Of a DNA stretch of 64,000 nucleotides, positions 36,231 to 47,165 are shown piece after piece. Made by a program: the position numbers and the translations under genes. Source of the stretch: Squalus acanthias. Lineage: Eukaryota. Location of the stretch: NCBI GenBank assembly GCA_030390025.1, contig CM059432.1, positions 75,146,001 through 75,210,000 on the forward strand. The letters are read 5' to 3'. The notes below the pieces were generated by a model, which was not told the DNA's origin, did not search any database, and worked only from the letters and a program-made list of their open reading frames with translations. Every line of letters begins with the position of its first letter. The first letter of the stretch is position 1.

Positions 36231-36480
36231 CAGAGACAGAGAAAGATAGAGAAAAAGAGATAGAGATAGAGAGAAAAGAAAGAAAAAAATGCAGTTATAC
36301 AGCACCTTTCATGACCTCAGGATGTTCAGTGAGCTTCACAGCCAATGAAATATTTTTCAACTCTAGTCATTGTTATAATGTTGGGAAGCCATGGCAGGCA
36401 ATTTGTGCACAAGGTTCCACAAACAGCAATCAAATAAAAGACTTGATAATCTGTTTTAGTGAAAATGGTTGAAGGATATT
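36231..36480 (-). mobile_element. 3' half of a Deu-domain SINE with an (AG/AGAGAT)n microsatellite tail
   Basis: Reverse complement of the SINE 3' part (gtgcacaaattgcctgcc...tttcattggctgtgaagc...catgaaaggtgctgtataactgc). Confidence 0.65.
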
Positions 36481-37275
36481 TCTTATCTACATGCTGCTCC
36501 TTGGCAACATCATCTGAACATACAATGTCAGGTTCCACATATACGCTGACAACACCCAGCTCTACCTCACCACCACTTCTCTCGACCCCTCATGGTGCTT
36601 GTTCGACATGCATTATTGGAGGAACAGAAATTTCCTCCAATTAAATATTGGGAAGACCAAAGCCGTTATCTTTGGTCCCAGTCACAAAATCCATTCCCTA
36701 GCTACCGATTCCATCCCTCTCCTTGGCCACTGCCAAAGGCTAAATCAAACAGTTCGCAACCTTGGCATCCAATTTGACTGAGCCGAGCTTCCGATCCCAT
36801 AACCTTCCATCACCAAGACAGCCGACTACCACCTCCGAAACATTGCCCGTCTCTACCCCTGCCTCAGCTCATCTGCTACTGAAACCCTCATCCATACCTT
36901 TGTTGCCTCTAAGCTAGACTATTCCAATGCGCTCCTGGCCGGCCTCCCATATTGCACCCCTCATAAACTTGTGCTCGTCCAAAACTCTGCTGCCATATCC
37001 AAGTTCTGTTAACCCATCATCCCTGTGCTCGCTGACCTACATTAGCTCCCAGTCCAGCAACACCTCAATTTAAAAATTCTCATCCTTGTTTTCAAATCGC
37101 TCCATTGCCTCACCCCATCCCATCTCTGTAACCTCCTCGAACCCTACAACCCTCCGAGATCTCTGCACTCCTCCAATTCCAAACCTCTTGTGCATCTCCG
37201 ATTTTCATAACTCCACCATTGGCAGCTGTGCCTTCAGCTGCCTAGGCCCCAAGCTCTGGAACTCGCTCCCTAAAC
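36480..37275 (+). mobile_element. L2 LINE fragment, same family as 33012-34259
   Basis: YAD-N-TQLY remnant, NFLQLNIGKTKAVIFGP, ggccccaagctctggaactcgctccctaaacc. Confidence 0.85.
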
Positions 37276-38169
37276 CGTTGAACAGGATAGCCAAACTATC
37301 TTCATTCATTGTAGTATGTGATCAGCAGTACTTGAGACAGCAAAGCCTTCAGGCCTAGAATGAGCAACTTCACTCACAAGAGGCTGCCAAACAGCCATTC
37401 TTAACTGACAAATGCAAACTACAATCCTTAGCAAAAAGATTGCTCAAAACAGATAGGACCTTAAGATTTGCCCAGGCATTGATGTGGACCAAGGGGACGG
37501 TTCTGTATTTAACCAATGGTTTACTACACAATATAATAAAAGGAAGTAATTTTGTGCTGAAAACCTAGAGCCAGTCAGCCATAAATAATAATTTTGATTT
37601 GCTGATGGGCCCTGATCTATCTACAATAAAACAAATCTTTTTGCATAGTGAAACCAATGTTCTATCTATAATTTGTTCAAAAGGTGGAGAAAACGTAGAA
37701 CTGAGTCATCCTGCTGCAAAACAAATTCTGAAAAATTGACTAGCATGACTGGTTAACTGCTAGAGCCTGAAACTTATTAACTCTCCCACACAAAACCAGA
37801 ACTACCAGAAGTGAAGTTTCAAAAAAGAAATTGGAGTTCAGTAAGAAAATCATTTAAGTAGCATGTTAAAATCATAAAAGATATTGAAGGAAAGCAAATC
37901 AGATTTTCATGTATGGACTTTAAATATTCGCATGATAAACAAATTACCAGGAGAGAGCAGGCGATCCGAAGGCCTACATGACTAGCCAATCTCTCAAACA
38001 GACCTTCTGTCACTCTCCTCTTTTGAGAGAAACTGGTTTCATATTCATAGCCTTAGATCCAAGGTAGAACAGAATTACTTGTTATTTTTCTGGTCGACCA
38101 AAGTCTCCCCTATAGTATTACTCATTTTGGCTGCCAGAATATCAACAAGTGCATGACGTCCAAGATTAA

Positions 38170-39780
38170 TTACATAAAATATACAGCACAGAAACAGGCC
38201 ATTCAGCCCAACTAGTCTGTGCTGGTGTTTATACTCCACACGAGTCTCCCCCCATTCCATCTACCTCACCTCAGCCTTTCAGATTATCGTTCTATCCCTG
38301 TTTCCTTTTGAAAACATCTCAGCTAGTTGCCTCACCCACTTCCTGTAGTAGCGAGTTCCACATTCTAACCACTTTGAGTAAAGAAATTTCTCCTCAATTT
38401 CCCTATTGGATTGATTAGTAACTATCTTGTATTTATGGCCACTAGTTTTGGATTCTCCCACAAGTGGAAACATTCTCTCCACATCTACCCTGTCCAACCC
38501 ATGCATAATGTTAAAGACCTCTATTCGGTCACCTCTAAGTCTTCCCTTCTCTAAAGAAAAAAAACCCAACTTGTTCAATTTTTACAGATAGCTGTAATCT
38601 CTCAGTTCTGGTACCATCCTTGTAAATCTTCTTTGCACTTTCTCCAGTGCTTCCATGTCCTTATTAATAGTATGGAGACCAGAACTGTGCACAGTACTCT
38701 AAGTGCGGCACAGCCAGGGTCCTATACAAGTTTAGCATAACTTCACTACCTGTGAATTCTATTACCCCAGAAATAAATCCCAGTGCTTTGTTAGCATTTT
38801 TAATTGCTTAAAAGCAGCATCACAGGTCAGTAAATGATTTGTTCACCGATATCCCTAGATCCCTTTCCTCTTCTACCCCATTCAGTTTCTTATTTTCTAA
38901 AGGTGTACGTGATATTTCTATTTTTCCTACCAAAGTGCATCACCTCACATTTATCTACAGTAAAGTTCATTTGCCATTTAATTATCCAGTCTGCAAGTTT
39001 TCTAATGTCTTCTTGTATTATGTTGCATTCTTCCTCAGTGTTAGCTATACCTCGCCAGTTTGGTATTACAGGAAACTTTTGTTTATCCAGCACCCAAATA
39101 TCCGGAATTCTCGCTTAACCGGCAAAAATCATCCTCCGAAAACTCCTCTCAAATAACCGGCAATGTTGCCGAGTCGCAGTCGAGTCTCCGCGAACGCCGA
39201 GTACTCCGAAAACTCCTCTCAAATAACCGGCAATGTTGCCGATCCCGAGTCCGCCGATTTAGTCAGTAGGGGTAGTTTTCAAAAGTACCCAAATACTGTA
39301 TATTTCTTGATTTATTTATTTTTCTTTGTTAAAAATAGCCTCGGTAGATACAACTCTCTGTTATCCGGTACTTTCGATAAACCAGCACCACGCCGGTCCC
39401 GTCGGTGCCGGTTAATAAAGAGTTTCCTGTATTTGCAAATTTGAAAGTGAGTTAGTCGTTTCAAAGTCCAAATCATTAATGTAAATTATGAATAACAGTA
39501 GTCCCAGCACTGATCCTTGTGGAACACCGCTTTCAATCTTCCTTCAATATGAATAACTACCCTTTACTCCATACTCTGCTTTCTATTTTTTAGCCAATAT
39601 ACTATCCATTCAGCTATTTGTCCCAACTCCACATGCCGTAACCTTTGTCATGAGCCAACCGTGTGGTACCTTATTGAAGGCCTTTTGAAAATCCAAGCAT
39701 ATGGCATCTACTGCATTATCCTGGTCTACTCTTTCTGTACCTCTGCAAAGATTTCTTTCAGGTTAGCCAAGATAATCCAA
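38170..39780 (-). mobile_element. CR1 LINE fragment carrying MITE copy 2
   Basis: WQMNFTVDKCEVMHFG, RLRGDRIEVF; gcggtgttccacaaggatcagtgctggg; ttttcaaaaggccttc. Confidence 0.88.
39069..39429. mobile_element. Tc1/mariner (pogo/Tigger-like) MITE, copy 2
   Basis: Same TIRs and body as 16568-16984; TA at 39067-39068 and 39430-39431. Confidence 0.9.
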
Positions 39781-40026
39781 ATGGGACCATTACTGCAAAT
39801 TTTGGGAATCCAAGCTTGAAATATAGATGGTACTCCTTCAACACCATTTTACTTACTTTCAAATACCATGAAGTGTGGATGAATCATAGCACTGTCTAAG
39901 CATTTTAGAAGGCAATTCTCTTGGAAGTGCACGAGTCAGCATCTAAACATGTAGCAACAGTTAATGAGTATCTCTTCCAACTTGCACAGTGGTCACCATT
40001 CGAACGAGAGTCCTGGTGAACACTAA

Positions 40027-40530
40027 GCAGGGATTTTAACTCTTGGGCAGAAAGCAGGGGAGAGGCACCAGACTTCCTGCCTGGGAATTGCCATGTGAGG
40101 CCCAGTAAAGTTTAATGGCCAGGCTTCTAATATTTCATCAGTCAGACGTCTACCCAAAATGGGTGTAAAGAGTCAGCTGGCTGGCTATCGCCCTACAAAA
40201 AGCCCATTGGCACTCAAGTAAGTCACGAGAGGGGGCTTAGGAGGATTTTGCAGGTTGGAAGAAGGGGAGCCCAGGGCTGCAAAGTCCCAAGCTTTCTTGT
40301 GGGGCCTGGAAAAGCACTCCTGATCTGTTCAGTAAGCCTTCTAAATTGCGTCAGGGTCTTTATCTGAGCGATTGGACCCCCGATTTGCATATATTTATGG
40401 GGTATCTGCCCAAGTTAGGCAGACACGTCAATCGCCCTGTATTAAAACAGTAATGGACGGTATCTGAACAGCAGAAGGTACCAGGTTTTAACTCCCGTTG
40501 TCGCCAGGCGGAAGGAGTTAATATCGTCAC
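40027..40530. mobile_element. Possible decayed MITE
   Basis: Imperfect TIRs GATTTTAACTC / GAGTTAATATC around a GC-richer interior; no clear TSD. Confidence 0.35.
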
Positions 40531-41151
40531 TTTAGATTCGTTATACTTAGAAGCCAGTCTAGGCTTCCAGATTCCAATTGTGCAGAATGTTTACAAATTA
40601 TTTAACTTGCGTAGAAAGGGGCTGGACTTCACAACTTTAGTGGATATAGGAGCCAATAGTTGCCTACAAAGAATCCTGTTCGCAAAGATGACCACACATC
40701 ACTGGAATTGATCCTAGTGGATTCTTGCTGAGAAACTGAACTCCTGCTTAAAGAAAAATTATGGCGTTCCACAATAAGAAAGAGTTAGAAGTACGGATAT
40801 CAGTAACTTGAATTTGAGAGAGTCATCATCGATATTTTCACTAAGCATCTTGAACAAATTTCTGGCAACCGATTGAAGCACAAAATAAATTATGTTGACT
40901 TTTTGAAAAGCAAAATAATTTTCTATGCAACAATTAAAGTAGGGATTTACCCAATTGCCAAAAGAAAAAAACAGATTTGTCAGCCCAAGGAAAGCATCCT
41001 TATGTCAAAGGGTCATAGGAGACTGCTTCATAGCAACTCCTTATTAAAGCTTACCGCTCTGGTTCGAGAAGGATGTTGGAATGAAGACTACGTACTTAAT
41101 AATACAAGGCATACAGTATTGAATTGGCAAGATCCAACTAAAATATAGAAT

Positions 41152-43567
41152 GACATAAGAACACAAGAATAAGGAGCTGGAGTAGGCCATACGGCCTTTC
41201 GAGCCTGCTCCGCCATTCAGTAAGATCATGGCTGATCTTAGACCTCAACTCCACTTTCCCGCCTGATTCCCATATCCCTCGATTCCCCTAGAGTCCAAAA
41301 GTTTATCTATCTCAGCCTTGAATATACTCAACGATTCAGCATCTACTGCCCTTTCGGGTAGAGAATTCCAAAGATTCACAACTCAGTGAAGAAATTCCTC
41401 CTTCTCTCACTCTTAAATGGCAGACCCCTTATCCCGAGACTATGCCCCTAGTTCTAGACTCTCCAGCCAAGGGAAACAACCTCTCAGCGTCTACCCTGTC
41501 AATCCCTCTCAGAATCCTGTATGTTTCAATTAGATCACCTCTCATTATTCTAAACTCGAGAGTATAGGTCCAATTTACTCAATCTCTCCTCATAGGGCAA
41601 CTCTCTCATCCCAGGGATCAATCTAGTGAACCTTCGTTGCACCGTCTCTAAGGCACGTATGTCCTTTCTCAGATAAGGAGACTAAAACTGTGCACAGTAC
41701 CCCAGGTGTGGTCTCACCAAAGCCGTGTACAATTGTAGTAAGACTTCCTTACTCTTGTACTCCAACCCACTTGCAATAAAGGCCAACATGCCATTTGCCT
41801 TCCTAATTGCTTGCTGTAGCTGCATGCTAACTTTGTGTTTCCTGTACGAGGACACCCAAATCTCTCTGAACACCAACATTTAATCGTTTTGCACCACTGA
41901 AAAATATTCAGTTTTGCTATTCTTCCTACCAAAGTGAATAACTGCACATTTCCCCACATTATACTCCATCTGCCACCTTATTGCCCACTCACTTAACCTG
42001 TTTATATCCATTTACAGGCTGTGTGTGTCCTCCTCACAGCTTACATTCCCACCTAGCTTTGTATAGTCAGCAAACTTGGATACATTGCACTCGGTCCCTT
42101 CATGCAAGTTATTAATATAGATTGTAAATAGCCGAGGCCCAAGCACTGAGCCCACTAGTTACTGCCTGCCAACCGGAAAATGAACCCGTTTATCCCTACT
42201 CTCTGTTTTCTGTCCGTTAACCAATCCTCTATCCATGCTAATATATTACCCCCAACCCCATGAGCTCTTATCTTGCGTAACAACCTTTTATGTGGCACCT
42301 TATCAAATGCCTTTTGGAAATCCAAATATACTACATCCACTGATTCCCCTTTATCTACCCTGCTAGTTACATCCTCAAAAAACTCTAATAAATTTGTTAA
42401 ACACAATTTCCCTTTCATAAAAGCTTGTTGACTCGGCCTAATCATGTTATGATTTAAGTGCCCTGCTACCACTTCCTTAATAATGGATTCCAACATTTTC
42501 CCGACAACTGATGTCAGGCTAACTGGCCTGTAGTTCCCAGTTTTCTCTCTCCCTCCTTTCTTGATTAGCAGGGTTACATTGCTACCTTCCAATCCACTGG
42601 GGCCGTTCTAGAATCTAGGGAATTTTGGAAGATCACAACCAATGCATCCACTATCTCTGCAGCCATCTCTCTTAGAACCCTGGGATGTCGGCCATCAGGT
42701 CCAGGGAATTTGTTGGCTTTTAGTCCCATTAGTTTCGCAAGTACTTTTTCTCTACTGATATTAATCACTATGTTCCTCACTCTTATTAGCCCCTTGGTTC
42801 CCCACTATTTTTGGTATGCTTTTTGTGTCTTCTACTGTGAAGACAGATACAAAATATTTGTTTTAAGTCTCTGCCATTTCCTTATTCCCCATTATAATGT
42901 CACCTATCTCAGCCTCTAAGGACCAATGCTTACTTTTGCTACTCTCTTCCTTTTCACATACTTCTAGAAGCTCTTACAATCTTTTATATTTCTGCTAGTT
43001 TACTCATTCTATTTTCTGCCTTATTAATTTTTTGGTCATCCCTTGCTGGTTTCTAAAGCTCTCCCAATTCTCAAGCTTACTACTATTCTTCCCAACATTA
43101 TAAGCCTTTTCTTTTAATCTAATACTATCCTTAACTTCTTTAGTTAGCCACAGATGGATCACTTTTCCCAGTGGAGTTTTTAATTCTCAACGGAATGTAT
43201 ATTTGTTGAGAATTTTGGAATATTTCTTTAAATGTTTGCCGCTGCTTACCTACGATCATGCCTTTTAATCTAATTTCCCAATCTACCTTAGTTAACTCGT
43301 CCTCATACCTATGTAATTGTCTTTATATAAATTTAAGACTCTCATTTCTGCCTGAAATATTTCACTCTCAAACTTAATGTGAAATGTTATATTATGATCA
43401 CTCTTCCCCAGAGGATCCTTTACTATGGGATTGCTGATTAACCCTGTCTCATTACACAATACAAGATTTAAAATAGCCTGTTCGCTGGTTGGTTCCATGA
43501 TGTATTGTTCTAGGAAACTGTTTCAAATGCACTCCGTGAACTCATCCTCCAGACTACCTTTGCCAAT
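41152..43567 (-). mobile_element. CR1 LINE, 5'-truncated within the endonuclease domain
   Basis: EPTSEQAILNLVL...[32 protein letters not shown]; (CTTATGTT)-type tail at about 41152-41175. Confidence 0.94.
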
Positions 43568-45243
43568 GACACTTGCAGAACCTGGCAAGAATGTAAACTT
43601 TATGTTCAAGAATACCCAACTTAAGGAGCTAGGTTGCAGTATCCATACAAAGCATCAAAAAGAGAGAAAAAGTACTAAATGCAAAGGGCCAGAATATCAT
43701 GAGCACACTAAAGTAAGTTAGTGACAATTAAAATCTGTTGCAAATTTCAATCTTATAAGTTAGCGAATATGAGCTTTCATTATATCTTTAGACTAGAAAA
43801 ATTAAGACCATTCACAAAAATTACTGACTTAATCAGAGGAAATTGGAAAAAAAAACAAAGCAAAATGTAGTGTGAATATCCTTCAGTCAGTTTACTTGTA
43901 CCCTGCAGTTAAACGTTATGAACATTTAATTTTATTTGCTCTATAGATAGCCTGGTCAATATTTCAAAATACTTGGATATAAAACATGAAAACTGCTGGG
44001 CCCACTAGATGCTGCAAGTAAGCCAGTCTAAAAATGAACTGAAATTTACAGGCTTTATTTAGTGAACAATATTCCCACTTTTTTGGTTAACTTCAGCTAT
44101 TTTTTTTTCTTTTGTAGCATTAATCTGCAATTTACCTCTTTTTTTTAGAAATAGCATCAGGCAGCAAAAAATCCTTAATCTGCCTTTAAAATAATTTACA
44201 TGATTAATAATTTTGTGAGCTAGAGTAAATTTACTATGCATATTGGGAGCTACATTTCAGACTAAACCTCAAAATTTAAAACATTCATCCTAAGTAACAG
44301 AAGCCCAATCAGAACGTGGCTGGTTGGTCGGATAGCCTGTTCCTATCACATCAGTCAAATGCAGTTAAAGTGCGTGCAAATCCAAGTTTTAAAAATTTAG
44401 AAAGTGCTGCCATTTAGATTTTGCTCAGTGACTCAAATGATGCATTATGTTATTAACCATGGGGGTTTCATCAGTATAAAATGATGCATTTAAATGGTAT
44501 GCCAATAGTGTCAGATATATTCACACTAGCTAGAGTAGAAAACCTCTATAGCAAGAAGACAACTAAAATATTTTCTAAATCAAATTTAGCCAATCTTGGT
44601 CAGAAGTTCAACACAAACATGACATTGCACACATCACTAAATGTAATACAAGTCTTGTATACCATGGCATATTTTAGAAATGCACTGTAACTGAAATTGA
44701 AAATCAATTACTCGGCTACAAAATCCAAAAGATCGCAATCAGTTTTGTATATCCACCTAATTAGTAAAGCGACATACATTTCTAAACAGGTTTTCTGCCA
44801 GCACCCCAAAAAAACTAACTCTAACCTTAATTACAAGATCGATCAAATTAGAAATACTCTCATTGGGGGAAAAAAAAAGCTTTCCCACTATTACCTGATT
44901 AGTGGATCAGAACAAGGACTAAAACCTGCTTTGGCCGTTACTAAAAGTTAAAGTTTTATTTTTCTTGCATTTAGCCCAGGGCTATAAAGAAGCACATATT
45001 GAATGCTACTTTTAGGCAATAACTGGCACACAACGGTCTTCCCACATTCAATATTGTGTAAAATAAAAAGGGGCCCTAAAAATAGAAGGTACAGTGAAGG
45101 AAATCTAAACCAGTATGCACTGCAAATCCCAAGATAGAAGAAAAAAGTAGATAAATATAGCAGAACTAACAGATTCAACAGGTGCAGAGAGGAGATTTCA
45201 GGATGGAAGAAATAATAGCATATGGGAATAGTGAAAATCCTAC

Positions 45244-45288
45244 CTTGTAACACCTCTGAAAAGTTATAACGAAATTCCTTTGCTTTTG
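45244..45288 (-). CDS. ASPH: 45-nt cassette exon (A)KAKEFRYNFSEVLQ(G)
   Basis: Acceptor tttttatcatgcatgcag|CA and donor CAAG|gtagga; 45 nt, phase 1-1. It matches the recalled 15-aa junctin/junctate insert AKAKDFRYNLSEVLQG. Confidence 0.93.
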
Positions 45289-46145
45289 CTGCATGCATGA
45301 TAAAAATAAAAAATTGTACTGTGGATTAGAACTATTATAAACACAGCAAAATAAAAGAACCAAGACCAAGGCACATTAAAAGAATCCAAGTACAAGATAA
45401 ATGCGAAGTTCCAAAATGGATTAGTACAGTTTTAATTTGATTTTAAATATTAGATTTTACTCATTACAGTGCAACTTTTGACTATCCAATATTAAAATTA
45501 TATTGCACACAAAAATATATTTATTTAATTCACATTTGATATCATGAGTTATTCTTGGAACTCTAATAAGAACAGTTAAATCATCAGGTTATAAGTTATT
45601 AAAGTCAGACTGCTGGGCATTGAAGTTTATGAAGCCTACGCCAGTACAATTCACACGGATACTGTGAGACAACTCCTTCAGTAGAAATAACTACTATAAT
45701 GTACCATAGGTTACTGTCGTCCTACAGTTCTTGTATAAATGATCTATCCAGCAACTATCATTTTATTGGTTTATTTCTAGAGAATATGCTGGATTGGACT
45801 ATGGACAACTAGCTACAGAAATAACAGATGTGCAAGTAACTGTACTGAATCCTTGGTTTCAGTTACGCTACTATAGCAATGAAAGAGGCATTAGCAAGGG
45901 AGCTATCCATAGGCCACTATTCTCTCAACTGTGGCCCAGAAATTAAGAATGACTGAAGTACAAAATAGAGGAACTCATTAATAAAATAATTTTCAACAAA
46001 TGATAAGCCACAAAACAATATTGTGCACTCCACTTATACCACATCACTTTTCTCGAGACAGTCTTTAAGCAATAACATAAGACCTCCTTCCTTCAAGGAA
46101 AGAGCTTTATTCGGAAGTTTGAAAACTGAAATTGACAAAACTTAC

Positions 46146-46295
46146 CCAGAACATCTTCGTAATCCACCAAGTCAAACCAAACAACAGCTACAGATGACCA
46201 GACACCCAGTAAAGCGATTATCATGAACCATGTGAAGAATGAGCTTCCAGAAGGTCCATCGCTTTTCTTCCCATTTTTATTCGAGCTGTGCTTAT
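46146..46295 (-). CDS. ASPH: ASPH/junctin/junctate shared exon encoding the cytosolic neck and transmembrane helix: (D)KHSSNKNGKKSDGPSGSSFFTWFMIIALLGVWSSVAVVWFDLVDYEDVL(G)
   Basis: Acceptor gtttcttctttttcag|AT and donor CTGG|gtaag; 150 nt, phase 1-1. The translation closely matches the recalled ASPH/junctin TM segment SFFTWFMVIALLGVWTSVAVVWFDLVDYEEVLG. Confidence 0.97.
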
Positions 46296-46769
46296 CTGAA
46301 AAAGAAGAAACTCTAGTTAATCGTCTGTGCTGTGGAAACAAATTGATATAATGACTATCCTCCTACTACTGGGTTTTGTAACATTTATGCAAGGATAGAT
46401 TGACTGACCAAAACATAAAATGCTAATTGGATTGAGGTGGATTGACACCTTGCTTCACAACCCAATGGGCCAAAAATTGCAGTCGGAGGTGTATTTCCGG
46501 AGTACGCCTCCAACCTGTGAAAGGAATACGCACTTACTTGATGGCGGCCCTCCTTGATGCGGTCTGGCGTGCGGGGCAAAGGTCAGCGTAATGGCCCACA
46601 GATCCCAGGGACGCAGCCTGTGCGGAAGCATACCTGGGATCACGTTGGCCTAGCCCTCCAATCACAAAACAGAATTAGATTTTAATCATTTTTGAAGGGA
46701 ATCCCATAATCAGATTTAATGGAATCCCGAAACCAAATGAGGAAATACAAGTATGAAGACAGACTCGAT

Positions 46770-47165
46770 AATTGGGGCTGTTTTTGTTAGAACAGGAGAT
46801 TATTGGGTGATTTGATGGAGATGTTTAACATTATGAACGGATGGGACACAGTAGATAGAACAGTTTTCTAGAACAAGGAGACAGACATAAAATTAAATGC
46901 GAGACACTTCGGACAGATAGCCGGAGAAATCTTTTTATACAGAGGGTTGTGAGGCTGTGGAATGCACTAGAGTTAGTGACTGAAGCAAAGACCATGTCAA
47001 CATTTAAGAATAGGTTAGATGCGTGTTTGAAGGAAAAATAAATAAAAAGGATACGGGAAGAGGACAAGCACATAGGATTGGGACTATTGCTCATGGAGGT
47101 TAAACACCAACAGACGGTTGAGCAGAATGAACCGTTTCGATGTTGCAATTCTATGTAATTTTCTA
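46770..47165 (+). mobile_element. Decayed CR1 3' fragment
   Basis: ggagattattgggtgatttgatggagatgttt...tttttatacagagggttgtgaggctgtggaatgcact...ttctatgtaattttct. Confidence 0.7.

Noticed and set aside
46146..46295. Assignment of the locus to triadin (TRDN)
   Set aside because: The YDADGDGDFD exon, the AKAKEFRYN cassette and the SFFTWFM..ALLGVW helix are ASPH/junctin hallmarks.
46093..46341. 82-aa ORF as a stand-alone small membrane protein; likewise the 116-aa ORF at 44948-45298
   Set aside because: Only the parts between the splice sites are ASPH-like; the remainder is intron read-through.
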